64,000 bases of DNA from Klebsormidium nitens (GCA_000708835.1 DF237317.1:1-64000), one strand, 5' to 3'; counted from the stretch's first letter, positions 1-13,001 are shown. Made by a program: numbers and translations. Notes: generated by a model from the sequence alone, not told the origin.

Positions 1-841
1 ACCTTCGCTAGCCAGCATGTGCGGTGAGCTGCGCTATTACCAAAGTCAACAACTAGAAGGGGAAAATGTGGTGTGTCGGACGTTGTACGTCAGCTTGTGC
101 GAGAATACCTTATATCAGCATCGAATGGCTGAAAAGCTGTAGAAGTTGTGTCCTTGCTTGTACTAAGTAGTAGGTAGTGAGCCTTTTCACACTGGACCAC
201 TTTCCTCGTCAGCAAAAAGAATGAATGCAGCAGCTAGAGATCAGGGCGAATGCAGCCTAGCGAATGCGTGGGCAGCAGGCTTGATTGGCGCTGGCAGCAC
301 TTGGATCTTTCTCTGAGAAGAGTGCGGCAAGGCATGGGGTGGCGACGAGAGCTCTGCTTGTAGGCACGTTAAACATAAAGGAGCATGCCTGGAGCATGCC
401 GGTTCGTCTGGTCAGTAGTGACCAGAGTGATCCCAGAGTTGATCCAAGAGCTGGATCCACAGAATCAGTAATGTTGCGGCTTGATTGCGTCACATAGTGC
501 TGGGTCCTATCGTTTAGATCAGTACCCTTGCTTCAGCCAATAGATTGTGATCGGAGTGCACTCCTGAACAAAGCCAAAATGCTTGTGTTGCTTGAGTGGC
601 AAGTTGGGAAAGCAAAGTTAAACTTAAAAGAAGAAAAAAGCAATCTGCCACTTGAGTTGCACTTGTCTTGAGACAGATCTTCCAGACAAAGTCTTTGGAT
701 CTGTTCATCAGCTGTTGATGTCAGGTGGGGATGCTGGAGATGAAGAGCTGCTTTAGGGTGTTGGCTAGTAGTCCAGGGGAACAGACCTACTGATTTGTAC
801 CCCTCATTGGAACAGCCTGACAGGCCTCCTTAGGTTGCAGC

Positions 842-3817
842 ATGGCTTTCTTGAGCAGCGACATCAGCAAGGGTCTGGGCAAGCTGGATACTGTGCTGGC
901 CGCCCCCCTGAGCGACTTCAAGCACACCACCCTGATCAGCATCGTGGCGGTCATCATTTGGTTGGGTGGCATCCATGTGTCGCTGCTGTGCTTCCTCTTT
1001 GCCCTCTTCACGCTCCCCTCCATGGCAGCATACACGTGAGACATGCTACCATTCAAGACTCCTTCCAGATAAACGTCTTCTGAGGCGGTGGATGGTTGAG
1101 ACTTTGTTCCTGAATGTTGCAGTTTTGACTACATGATCACCTCGTCCTCTATCAGACCTGATGGTGGTCCCCCAAGCATTAGTGCGACAGTACTAAACTT
1201 GCTTTCTTATCAGATTTTATTGCATGCTTTTGGGAGCGTCTATCCTTTTCAGGGTCATCTTGTCATTCATTTTCAGGGTCATTTTGTCCCTTGCAAGTGA
1301 CTGACTCCAAACACTGCCTGTTTCTGCAGAATTCTGGCCATTCAGTTGAGCTTGGTCTGCCTGCCTGTTGGAGAAAAGCCTTACTTTGGAGAGATGGTGG
1401 CCAAGTTTGTGTCTGACCATGCGCCCAAGTTCTTCCCCCTGGAATTCAAGGTAAGCTCCTTCTATTAAGACGATGGCAAGAAGTATTGTAGAACAGAGCA
1501 AGTAAATGATCCGTGGAGTTTGTTCCAGCAGTTTTCAGGATGTATGATGTACAACGTTTCTTCAAGACCATGTCACTGACCTGCCAATTCCGATCGTGCT
1601 GCGATAGATGGAGAACAGGGAGGCGTTTGACACTGAGAAGACATATGTTATTGGTAAGCCGCGCAGCACCTGTTCCTATTTCAGACCACTTCTGATGTCT
1701 CTGCGAAACATACTTTGAGTTGCGTTTCATGTCGCTTGCCTTCAAGTTGAAGCTTCCAGCAACAAAGAGCTGCCAGAATGGTCCATTGATTGTGGGTTAC
1801 CTTTGCGTCGATTTTCCACCAGCAAAGAGCGTTGGCGCGCTTCTTCTAAGCTTTCAATACCTTTTGCCGCCCAGCCTTGGAGCCTCACTCAATATTCCCC
1901 ATCGGAGTGGTGGCCATGACGCGCCAGGCGGGCCGCATGCCCCTTCAAAAGATGAAGTGCCTGGCATCCAGCGCGGTGAGCCGTACAAGTGTTTTCACTG
2001 CGCCAGCCAGTAGGGGAGGCACTTTGGGTGCTTTCAAGACTGGCCGCAGCCAGTGTTTCTGGTGCAATAGCCAATAGTTGAGACACTTCAGATGTTTTGC
2101 AAGAGCGGCACCGGAGCCAGGGCCCCCTCTGACGGGCGTGTTGGGTGCGTGGCAGATCTGGTGCATCCCGTGGGTGCGCCACCTGTGGTCGTGGCTGGGC
2201 CTGACCCCCGCCAGCCGCCAAAATTTCCGGAAGCTTCTCTCTGAAGGCTACTCCACCGTGCTCATTCCCGGGGGAGTGCAGGAGTGTCTCCACCTCCGAC
2301 CCGGCGCCGAGGTGAGGCCACAACAGAGCCTTTTCACCAGGGGGCTTTAGGTCTCAAGGAATGCCCATAAAGGTGCCAGTTGAGATTGTAGGATGCTTGA
2401 GCCCAACAGAACGGCTGAGATTAGGAAGCGGGATTGCCTGCTCCGACTTGGAACAGGTCTTCGAAGCAAGCTGAAATTTTGTCAAAAGGTTGTCGGAGAG
2501 TCTACTAACAGATTTACTGTTGACTCCCTCCTTGCTCAATGTTCCGGTGGATTTCTAAGTTCTGTCGAATCTTTTCAACCTGTCCTTACGCACTAATACA
2601 GATTGTGTGCCCGAATCCACCTGGCAGGTGGTATTTCTAAAGCAGCGCACTGGTTTCATCCGCATGGCCATGGAAGCGGGGGCACCGCTCGTGCCCGCCT
2701 TCTGCTTCGGCCAGACCAACACCTACCGGTAAGTCCCTCACCTGCTCCGGATCACGCCCTCACATTGACATAACGCCGATAGCGATGTGTCTCAGCAGTG
2801 CGGCCTTGAGAGTATGCTTAGCGTGTGTTCAGCCGTCTGCTTCTGCGTTTTGTGTCTGTCCTTTTCAAAGGTAGCTACGTGGCTACGTTTTGTCAAAGGT
2901 GCACCCTTGCTGAATTTTCTGCAGAACTTCTTCTTAGCAATGGCTCACAATGTCGCTTGCCAATCACGGCTGCAATCTGTCTGCGCCCTCCCCTCATCTG
3001 CTCCGCTCCCTGTTCATTTCCTGGGCGCAGGTATTGGAAGCCGAAAGGGGAGTGGTTTGCCCGCCTGTCCCGCTCCCTGGGCTTCACGCCCCTTTTCTTC
3101 TGGGGGTGGTGCGGGTAAGCAGGCTTGCAAGCTCCTTCTGCCTCTGCATCACCTTCTCAGTGGGCACTCTCGTCCGCCCGTGAAGGCAACTCCACCAAAT
3201 TTGACGTACGAAGCTTCCTGTCTTGATTAGTAGGTTTTCGGTCGCCGTCTACAGTTAGACACAGGCTTCTCCAGTCATCTCGAAGATTGCTGTTTCAGTA
3301 CCACCTGGGACTGTTCGTGATACAAAAACCAGTATTCGTCTCGAGATGCCGCTCTGTATTTGTGAATGTCCTTGGGCCAAGATTCTGTGGCTGACTCTGC
3401 GGTTCACCAACGCAGGACCCCGCTCCCGTTCCCCGAGCCGATGCTCCTGGTGGTGGGCAGCCCCATCGACGTCCCAAAGAACCCCGAGCCCACCCGGGAA
3501 GAGGTACGTCTCGTACGCTGCCTCGCATGCTTGAAATAAGCCCTTGAATGTCTCCGTATTGAGCAGCTTCTGAGCTGGAGCTGTGTGGCCTTTCCTTTGC
3601 AATGATCGGTATAAAAGTCAGCAGATGTATCTAAGGTAGACTGGGATTGGCAGTCAAGCGAACGTTGGACACCTGCTGCGGGCATGCCTCCTGATCTGCG
3701 CATGCCCGTCTGCAGATTTTGGGGACGCAGGAGAAGTTCCTGGCCGCCATGACGGCTCTCTTCGAGAAGTACAAGGAGGAAGCCGGGTACCCCGACCTGA
3801 CCCTTGAGATCCGATGA
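842..3817 (+). CDS. DGAT2: Diacylglycerol O-acyltransferase 2 (plant-type DGAT2), 9 exons, ~330 aa
   Basis: Exons 842-1035, 1330-1450, 1608-1653, 1875-1975, 2156-2311, 2628-2728, 3031-3114, 3416-3503, 3716-3817; all GT-AG and phase-consistent. Motifs IWLGGIH, LEPHSIFPIG, LIPGGVQE, GFIRMAMEAGAPLVPAFCFGQ, FTPLFFWG match plant DGAT2. The ATG sits 1 nt after an acceptor (TTGCAG|C ATG), so an upstream exon probably exists. Confidence 0.95.
1246..1288. repeat. Short tandem duplication (24-nt unit, ~1.8 copies) in DGAT2 intron 1
   Basis: TTTTCAGGGTCATCTTGTCATTCA followed by TTTTCAGGGTCATTTTGTC. Confidence 0.8.
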
Positions 3818-6030
3818 TAAGCTTGGTCCGATGTACAGCCCACCCATCTTCTCGTCCGCATTTTTCCACAGCGTTTCTCCAGCTGGAGGAACCACGGTAG
3901 ATGAACGTTCCTGAACTTCAATACTGCCTGCGCATGCATAGAGAGTGTACTACACAGTAGGAGGACATTCCTCCTTACAGACAAACACAGGTTGTTGATA
4001 CAACATACAATATACTGTAAGGTCGTTGAGAGTTGTCCCTGAAAGAACTCGATCCTGTTAAGCCAGAAGCCTCGAACGTCAAACGTTGCTTATCGAGAAT
4101 CAGTTCTGTAGCCGAAAGTATATACCAACCGTCTATAGATGAACCTACATTATCCCGACAATTGTCGAATCGACAGGGGTTGACAGTCAAGCTTGCAGCC
4201 AAGAAGCTGCAATCAATCCGTGCCCAAGGAGAAAAGTTACAAGGGCTTTCTCCAAGAGAGCATGGTCTTCGCATCGAGTGCAAATGAAAATGTGTAACTG
4301 TGGCTCGGAATATTCCGACCTAATCGCATCTGGTGTTTGCAATCGCATCCGGTATGGTCAGGCATCATCTGTACGTGTAGCCATGGCCGGCATGTGAATC
4401 CGTGGCATACCAGACTGCATGATTGCAGCCAATTTGCGCAGCTAGAGCGTAATTCGTTGCGCTCAGTGGAACCAAAGCTTCAAGTTCAGGCCGGATTGAA
4501 GCCCGAGCAGAGCGAAGACGTTGTTTCTGGCAGTGACTTGTCACTTGGTCGCTCAATTTAAGTGGACCAGGACGTTGACAGATACTCGGTTACCCCGCAT
4601 GTATAGCTAAATTCCGCCTGACGCTGACGAAGTGGACCGCGCATGCTTTCACCTCAGTGCGCATGCACATCGGCTTTGTCTGTAACCTTATCTTGTAAAG
4701 CTCAAGCCTATTGTTTCTTCTATACAGGACGTTGATGCTTACAAGGAGTCAAGGTGCACCAAAGTCTGCGCGGCGCAAGTGACTGCATCATTGTCACACT
4801 TCTAGTGCGCAGACAGAGCTATCGAGCAGTGGCAAAAGTTTGCCAGTGCAGGCAACTCTGCGCTGCTTAGGGGCATTGAAAAGTGCGAAAGAAGCCCCTG
4901 CAGCACGGCATTGTGTAGCGACCGTTGTAATCAAGCGTGCACGTGGTGGCTGGCGGCTGGCGCGCATTCCCGGAGTCAGCTGATTGCAAACCTTGGCACG
5001 GCTTTTTGGGCTTTCTCGACACGCGCGCATTGGGAGCTACAAAGGCGCAGCAGCAGCGGTGAGCCTGCGCACGTACATTCATCTTCACGAAGCATTAAGC
5101 AGGACCTGTCTGTATCACCTGGAGGAGCTTGCTGCGTATCCAGATTGTGCACTATTAACGGCTTTGATTGGAAATCTAAGTGAGTTTTGGTACGTGGGCA
5201 CTTCGTATCTTTCATTGATGCAATCAGCAGAGTGTGTATGTACTCAGCGAGTGCATGCGTCTTGGATAAACCCAGTCGTCATCTTTGCCTGCTTCCTGGT
5301 CCGAATATAAAACTGAAACTAGTCGCCTTTCCTCCCCGGCAATGCTTCTGCTGTTGGCAGAGTGCATCAAACTCCATGCTGGTCAACCCGGTAATATGAT
5401 ACGCATTGGTTCTGATTTGGAAGCCATTTGGAAGTCAGCATCTTCGATTTTAGAGGAGCGTGTGTTACAATTGTGGCGGCTAATCAGAGGGTTGTCGTCT
5501 TTAGTATCTCTTTGAAACAGCCCATCGAAGTGTCTCAGAGTTTCTTTTCGCGCTTTCATTAAGAGCCCTCCAGGTACCTTGTGTTGCTGAAGCTTCAAAC
5601 TCCTTTCTTGAAAGTCAACTAAACTGAGCCGAAGCCTCTCAAAGGAGAACATCGACTGTTAGGAGCCAGCATTCTGCCTTGCACACCTGCCGCTTTGTGG
5701 TAGGTTCAAAGATATCTGCATCAGATGTCCTCAGGCGAAGGTCGACCATACGCGTTAAACAAAAGGAGCCGCTCGCGAGCAACGGCTCCATCACGGTCAA
5801 AATTGTAAAAAGCGCCAATTCTAACGCAAACATTTCTATGTTGGATCAGGCACCATATATCGTGGATCTTCTAGTCCTCTTCGAGGGCTTCAATTGTGTC
5901 GTCAGGGACACTTAAGAAGTGGTCATAGAAAAGAAAGATAGACAATTTGCGCACCCTTTCAATAGTCCTCATGAAATTCCTGTGGATGCTGCTTCTGAAG
6001 CCTCCCTTCTAGTTGCTGACAGCTGTAACC

Positions 6031-8478
6031 ATGGCGAGGAAGTCCAAAGCGAGGGGAGGTCCGCATGTGACGGTCAGCTGGAGGCGTCCCGGCTCCAACA
6101 AGTGGCAGAAATTTGAGGATCGTGTGGGGCGCGCCATCCTTGCGGCCAGCATGTCGGGACAGGCGACTTTCCAGCTGGACGAGTACGTGCGAAGGTCGCC
6201 GCGACTCATATCAAAGCAGAGGGACGTCACAGCGGACCGCGTGCGCGCCTCCCGCAGGTACATCTGGCAATCTTAAATTCTGCCCCAAAAGCTGCCAGAT
6301 GAGGGCCGACGACGCGGCTTTTACGGCAGTGATTTTAAAAAGATGAGATCCAGAACATATTTCTCTGAAAATTGTTTTCCATTTGGCCTCTTAGAGTCTG
6401 GATCAGAAGAAGCAGCGGAAGGGATGAGGTACAGAAACGGCATCGTGTTGACCACATAGAAAAGCAAAGCAGGAGTACTGGCCTTTACGTTTTTAAGCCT
6501 CTCTTCCAAGTTTGCGTGTGTAGGAAACGATCGTACTTACAGCACTTGAAAACTTGGTTTGCGTTTTCAAGAAGAGCCAAAGGCGTCTGATAGGTTGAGC
6601 CTCCAAGCTTCTGAAGTTTCATCGATTTCTGTAAAGCGCATTTGCAGCCAGGGACCCCTTAGTATTACATCCAAGCGCATTGCGCATGATGCCAGCAAGT
6701 CATCTAAAAGCGTCTCTTTCTTTGGACAGGTCCAGAAAGAAGGCTAAACACGAGAACCTTGTGCTGACGCTCAGGACATCCCAGGACGGGTCCGATCCGG
6801 CGTCGAACGTCTCGGGACGCGCCGTCCGCTGGGGCTTCTCTTCGACGTGCACCTTCGACCGGCTGCCCAACACTGCGCGCGCGCTCGCGGAGATGATCGC
6901 GAAGTGCGAGGCGGCGAAGAAGCGACAGGTAATGATACGCATACACATCGATGCGGAGCCAGCATTCCAGCTGGTTGATGGAGAACCAAGCGATACACAG
7001 GTGTCCGTTTCGAGTTTCGTGAAGTCTGTTACTTGAATTCACAGCGAGTGCTCGGACGGCTTTCAAGTGTTGCGTCCACTTGTCTAAGGCGCGTCGAAAG
7101 CCGTATTGGTAGAGAACGCAATTGCACACATGATTAGAAACCGCTTCCTTTGCATATTATGCACAGTCACCATTTGGCCAAAGTGCTCACAACTGCGTTT
7201 GGAAAGCCTGTACTCGCGCTTTTCTGCGTAGCCAAAGGTGATGGTCAATATTCGAGATGCGCTCGACATAAGATGCATCAGGAAACACCTAAATCTGCTG
7301 TTAATCGGATACCTTCTTCGTAAAACTTTGACTCGTCCAGCGTTTGATTCTTCTCTGTTCCACCGTCTTTTCTTCCAGATCTCAGGCCCAGAGTAGTCAG
7401 ATCAACCCGTTAAAGCTATCAATGTCCTTTCTCATTAGAAGCGATTGGAAGTGCTCGGTGCCGTTCCTGCAGGTTCTTTCGGAGCTGCTGAACAATGCTA
7501 CGTCTGAGGATCGCATCAGCAGATTCCTCTCTGAAACAGATTTCAGCCAGCCCGTCCAGTGGTACTCACAGTCGGAACCTGTAACGAGAACGGGCACCCT
7601 CCGGGTGTCGCAAGTCGCTGTAAACGAGCGTGCGCGGCCGGGCGGCGGGCTGTACGAGCGGTTCCTGGACGCAATGGCGGGGCACGTGTCGAAACTGGGA
7701 GGCAGGTCCCCCTGGATCCCTCCTGGATTTGACAAGAAAGAACAATGTTCCACCGTGATTGAGCAAGGAGGTGAAGTAAGGATCACAACCAAGAGTCACG
7801 TGCTGACCATAGAGTCAATTTCTCTTGCAAGTTCAGCGGGGTGAATATAAGCTGACTGTGCATGAATAAGGCGTTCACAGGACGTGCATAACAGCGGGTT
7901 CAAGTGCGAGCAGTAGACTTTTGAAACTCGAGCGGAGACCACTGACAAACTGTTGGCAGCGAGGTAAACATTTACTAACGCCTCCGCGGTGGAAGGAACT
8001 ACGGGAACAGTGTCTCGGCAAAGGGTCCCCTCAAAAGTCAATGATGTCCGCTCCTGCCGATGCTTCTGCTCATGTTTGCTCGCTGACGTCGCGTGACGAT
8101 TCATTTCTCCAGGTGCGCTCCGATCGCTGATGGGCTGCGACCGCCACATCATGGCGCCGCTCACCTTCGCCTTCCACGGCACTCCTCCCCCCAACGTTCC
8201 GTCCAATCTTGGAACACGGAATGCTGCCGGAAAAGAGGGTAGCCGCCGGAGACTGGTTTGGGACGTTGCCATCCATTAGCTTCGGCTACAGCCAAAAATG
8301 GTCGGTGATCGCGGGTGGCCCCCGGGGGCCTCCATTTCGGCTGATCCTGTTTCTGCTCCTTGCGGTTCCCCCAGTGGTCGACAAACGGGGTTTCCCATGG
8401 GCCATAGCTCTCTCCGATCCGCGCTACGAGCTTCCGCTCTGCACGGTAGAGCTAGAGTGCGTCGAGAAGACGGGATAA
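6031..8478 (+). pseudogene. WWE-like + PARP-like ADP-ribosyltransferase; disrupted as written by a +1 frameshift at ~8205 (pseudogene or sequencing error); ~337 aa if repaired
   Basis: Exons 6031-6182, 6730-6928, 7473-7770, 8113-8478 are phase-consistent. Last exon reads LTFAFHGTPPPNVPS in one frame and ILEHGMLPEKRVAAGDWFGTLPSISFGYSQ...LILFLLL...SDPRYELPLC in the +1 frame. Together these give the ART/PARP pattern HGTxxxN(V/I)xSILxxG...G-x-aromatic-F...S-x-x-Y. The unshifted frame stops at TAG 8277-8279. The 5' exon link is less certain. Confidence 0.7.
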
Positions 8479-9198
8479 ACTCAACGCTTGCCGGCATACA
8501 GGAGGAGAGTCTTCTAGGACACCTGAATTACTGGTGCCGTGCATGTAATCATGGAACCATGGGGCTAATTTACCCAGCATGGGGACGTTGCCCGTCCACG
8601 TACATTGATTAGTCAAAATTAAAGATTGTTCTTGAACTTCAGTCTTCAACTGAAGGGCCGCAAAAATAACTTAGAAACTCACTTGGGGCTGAAGACGGAT
8701 TGGAAATTCATGCAGAGAGTAACTTTTATATAACCGCAAAGATGATAATTATGTGCAAATACAATGCTGACGTACGCGTGCGTATTGCTGTACGGTGCAT
8801 GCAGCCCGAGAGTCTAAGGGGCTGCAGAATCTTCCGTGACAACTGGTTCACGTACGCGCTTTGACAAACCTTGAAGCTGTGCGATCTGGTCGTTGAGCGT
8901 TCCTTTATCGGAGTACACAGGAATCGATCTTTCAAGCACAAGCGTAAGTAGCCAAAAAGATAGCATGCATGCGTGTTATGGAGGGGGTGCGGGCGACACA
9001 TATAGTCAATATATATGCATAAACCTGCGCGCATGACAGTAAGCATGTATCCTACCAACCACCTTATCTCCCTAAACCCGTCAATGGGCCAGATTGCCGA
9101 AGCATGTAGAGTCGCATACAAGGCCGAGCGTTTACCAACTTGAATACTTGTGTAGAAGCATCCCGAACAGCTTCCTTGTATAGTGGATCCATCAAGTA

Positions 9199-12100
9199 TC
9201 ACAACTCCGTTAACCCAGCTAGCGCTGCATATCGCTCTCTCGTTTCTGTCAGAATCTGCTTTCTCGACATTCGTAGCCGGAGCGCCATGCGCAACCTCCC
9301 AATATCCCGACCCTTGCCATCGAAAGTCCCCGCGTCTAGTTCTTCCGAGAGCCGTCGGTCCTCGTCGAGCGTCGTCGCATGCTGCCCTAGCAGGGCTTCG
9401 CACCGCTGCACGACCTGCCGGGCGGCCGCTGCACGCGTCGGCCGACTGATGGCGGCACCACTCAGGCTCGCGCTGCGGTGCCACTCCGCCTCCAAGGACG
9501 ACAGCTCTGCGGCATCGCGCGCATGGAGGACGTACAGTGACTCGAGCAGCCGGGGGGCGGCGCCGTCTGCACATGAGCGCCAAAAGCTCGGATTCGGTAG
9601 TATAGGGGCTTTGCTGGCCCTCAAAAGACAAGGTTTGGAGAGAAGGCGAGGGTTCAGTAACGAATTTAAGCTGTACTAAGGGCAGCAAGCCACAACTACA
9701 GGACCCAGACAAGGCCTCGTCCTTTCGGGGCCTTCTGCGCAGTGCAGTGTGTATCTCAAGATCGGGCCGAGAACTCTTCAGGGCGACCGCGGGAGACATC
9801 CGACTCTCGGTCCTGACTTGATGTCACTCCACAAGCGGTTCCTCGTTCACAGGTCCTTCGCCGGATATATTCGCTCATAAGTTGGAGATCGCAAGAGCGG
9901 TGCGCACCTGCGTCTGCAGCGAGGTTGCGGCTACCGCCCATCAACGTGGTCAGGAGCTCCTCTTTCTGGCGGGCCAATCTGACCGGGGCGTCCACGTCGT
10001 CAAGCAGAGCCTGCAACATGCACCAGCCGGCTCGTAACGACAGCTCACGTGTGCTTTTGCAGGGCTGACCACTGACCAGTACGTACAAGATCAAAAGGAT
10101 GCGCTAAATCGTACTGAACGAGAGGTTGATGGAGCAGTAGATAATAGAGTATTCGTCTTGAGAAGTACAGAAGGCGATGGTCCCCCCTTACTTTCACATG
10201 GGAGCGCAGAAGTTTGGAAGTTTCAAAGATAGCCTGCAGCAAGATGAGGGTGAGGGTTACCTTGAGGCAGTCATAGAGCGGCACTTTGTCCGCTGGGTTT
10301 ATGTTGGGCACAAAGCCATAGGAGACGAGAAACTCTAAGTTGGTGTGGGGGCCATAAGAGATGGTGGCCTCCTGGCCGGCCGAGAGGGGGGTAGATGCGA
10401 AGACCTGGAAGCAGGCTTCAGCCGGGGGGGCACCCTGCACCAAGGGTATAGGGGCTGTCACACAGACTGTAGGCAGAGAAAGGCCCAGTGAGTGGCTGAG
10501 GCAAAGTACTTGACGAGAATTTTCCAGCACTGGGGTAATTGGCATTCAGGTCAGGCATCTCGAATCACAGCAACAGGACGTATATCAATAGTTTAAGCAA
10601 TGGGAGAGCAAAGCGGCGTTTCAGCATTCGACTCCGTTTTCAATTGTGCATTCGAGGACAGGTGAAAGTATACAGATTGCCGCCCTGCGACTGTTTCATT
10701 TTGGCCAAACTTAGGCAGCCCTCTCGAAGGGTGGAAGAAGTCACTCGATCAAGCCTCTACACAACGCTGACAGAAACGGAGCCGCACCTGAGGGCTGTGG
10801 ATCCTCCACTGGGCAAAGCCCAGGTCCGGCGAAGAGTGCGACCGCGGCCGAACAGGTGACGGGTTGGCCTGGAACGGCCTTGCAGTATGTCGAGCTCGCA
10901 GTGGGAGCGCTAAGGTGGGCGGGGCATGGTTGAGCATGTCCGCCACAGGGACCAAGCACTGCACCGGAACCCCCTCTAGAGTCGTGGAGAAGCTGCGAGT
11001 CAAGACGGTGCGGAGGGCCCACAGGGCGGTGGCGTGGCTGAAAGGGGGTCGCCACAACGGGGGGGTGGGAGGAGGTTCCGATGAGATAGCTGATACGAGG
11101 GATAGCGAGACGCTTGGACCATCGGAAGGGGGTTCGTAATTGTCAACCTCGACATCCGTTTGCAGGCTCTCTCTCTTTGGCGACTCGCTTGGTGAGGAGG
11201 TTGTGAGAGGCGAAGCTCGAGAGAAGGAGGGTGGAAGGGTAGAAGGTCCCTTCACTGGGGTTGGAATCGAGGGGTTGGTGTCCAGACGGGAGTTGGCGGC
11301 CAATTGGATGCGTGTGGCCTGGTCTTGCCACTCATCATCAGCCGCAAGAGCTGCCCCCACTGCTGCCTTGCTCTGGAGCTCTGACAGCTCTTGAGGGGTC
11401 CAATCAGCAACCGACTGCTGGGAAGGAGGTAGCGGGATCAGATTAGGCTTGAAAACATGTATGTCACAGACCGCCAGCAAAGTCAAGTAGCTGTTGAGCA
11501 ATGAATGAGCCCCAACTGTGGATCATGAAGAAGATGCAATTATGTCAGTTTGTTCCTCAGAACTCTCATGTCCGCACAACTGCGCAACACCTTGTGTGCA
11601 CCTCGTAATGGGCTGGCAGCAGGCGCGCATAGTGCTGCCACACGGAGTCTGGCCGCTGCAGCTCCGCCAGCAGCTTGACGGCCAGCCGACAGACCGCCTC
11701 ATGCAAACCACCCCTCGATCCCACCGCTTCTCCGCCCCCTTGTTGCCCCCCTTTTGTCTCCTTTGGTACCATCAGTACTGCAGCTATGGGTACCGACAAG
11801 AGCAGTTGGCCCGCTTGCACGGCGGCCCCGCTGGGCACCGCCAGGCCTCGCACACCCGTCGGGCTGACAGTTAGCTGCAATAAGGGGGGCTGTGGCCCAA
11901 CCTGCGCTGCCTGCCAGAGCTCAGACAGAAGTGTGGCTTCCTGGTCTGCCTGGGTGACTTTTGAGATGGGTTTTAGGGTGGCCGCCAGCTGGGCCTGGAC
12001 CAATGTGGCAGCAGAAACAGGAGCAGAGAGGACATTGGCAGGGGGGACGAGTGACTGTCCATTTTGAAAGCAAGCTGGGAGCTGGAAGAGGCTGCTTGAG

Positions 12101-12231
12101 CGTGCAGTGGCGCCAAAGCACGGCAATGCCACAAAGTGGATAATCCTGCACTGGCTGCCTCCGTTGACTGCCCGCGAATGCAGGCACCGTGCAAACAATG
12201 CTGATGGGTGTGCAAGGTTGCAGCACTCCAT
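9199..12231 (-). CDS. SET-domain protein lysine methyltransferase, Rubisco-LSMT/SETD3-like, probable plastid transit peptide, 5 exons, ~633 aa
   Basis: Exons 12231-11602, 11414-10788 (tandem CAGCAG acceptor), 10434-10261, 10010-9908, 9566-9199. Motifs GVRGL, WQHYARLLP, VLTRSF, LVPVADMLNH, TISYGPHTNLEFLVSYGF and a C-terminal TTLDEDRRL...RLRMALRLR substrate-binding-type helix. Confidence 0.88.
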
Positions 12232-12704
12232 GCCGCTGTGATCAATCCTTCCCAGCTGCGCTCTGCGTCAAATCTGCCGATGAGGCAGCTGAAACTTGAA
12301 GCAAGCTATTCTACCTGGCCAGCAGAGGGCTAGGTCCTACATGCAGCAGCTCCATGCGATCATCTCCTCTAACCCCACTGGTGTAAACAAGATTCTTCCA
12401 GTACCCGTTGCTACCGTTTTTATGCGCTTCACAAATTTTGACACAAATATTGCAAGCACGGGTTGCCGCGCGATGAGCCGTTTCTGAGCGTTCGTAAAGC
12501 ATTACCGTATGACGGTGCCAATTCACACAGCCGGTGTTCGTCGCTGCGCCCAGGCTCGGGCTGCATGTTCTCTGATTCTAATCTCTCCCCCTTCTTCTCC
12601 GAAACGGCGAAAGGTTCTGTCACCTGTGTCAGCCAGACATCTGAAACAGTGAAGTTTCCACCATCTGGAGCGCTGAGGAGCAGTCCTGTGTTTTGCGGGC
12701 AGCC

Positions 12705-13001
12705 ATGTCCTCTTCCCGCGAGGTGCTCTCGCTGTACCGGGACTTCCTGCGTGTGGGCCGCAAGTTCAGCAACTACAACGTTCGCGAGTTTGTCAAGCGG
12801 CGTGCGAGGGAGGGTTTCCGCGAGGGCCAGGCGTTGACAGACCCTGCCACCATCTCGGCAGCAGTGAAGCAGGCCAAGGACCAACTCGCGGTGGCCAAGC
12901 GGCAGTCTGTCGTGTACTCCCTGTTTGCGCAGCCTGTAAAGTCTATCATGGAGTTGAAGACGGCGGTGGGGGATCAAAGCGTCACTGTCGCCAAGGCTTA
13001 A
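12705..13001 (+). CDS. ISD11: LYR-motif protein ISD11/LYRM4 (partner of mitochondrial cysteine desulfurase NFS1), intronless, 98 aa
   Basis: MSSSREVLSLYRDFLRVGRKFSNYNVREFVKRRAREGFRE...AKDQLAVAKRQSVVYSLF. Contains LYR plus the F(S)NYN(V)REF..RR..(E)GFR and RQ..V..LF hallmarks of LYRM4. Confidence 0.95.
   Translation: MSSSREVLSLYRDFLRVGRKFSNYNVREFVKRRAREGFREGQALTDPATISAAVKQAKDQLAVAKRQSVVYSLFAQPVKSIMELKTAVGDQSVTVAKA

Noticed and set aside
4930-5760. Chain of splice-like signals that could encode a small Cys-rich peptide
   Set aside because: No ATG, no recognisable family, and several competing frames; may be 5' UTR exons of the PARP-like gene.
6251-6346. Acceptor at 6257 leading to YIWQS* and a nearby frame reading QMRADD (WWE C-terminal-like)
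   Set aside because: Needs a second frameshift and has no in-phase donor to the next exon; cannot be supported by eye.
8187-8192. C6 homopolymer as the site of the PARP-like frameshift
   Set aside because: Removing a C gives TPPPTFRPIL; removing the A at 8205 gives the consensus-like NVPSIL. Not fully excluded without reads.
8726-9799. Long ORFs of 357 aa (-) and 179 aa (+), and similar ones at 48716-49252, 50842-51468, 55315-55758
   Set aside because: Alternative-frame or antisense shadows of GC-rich real exons; Arg/Ala/Pro-rich with no family motifs.
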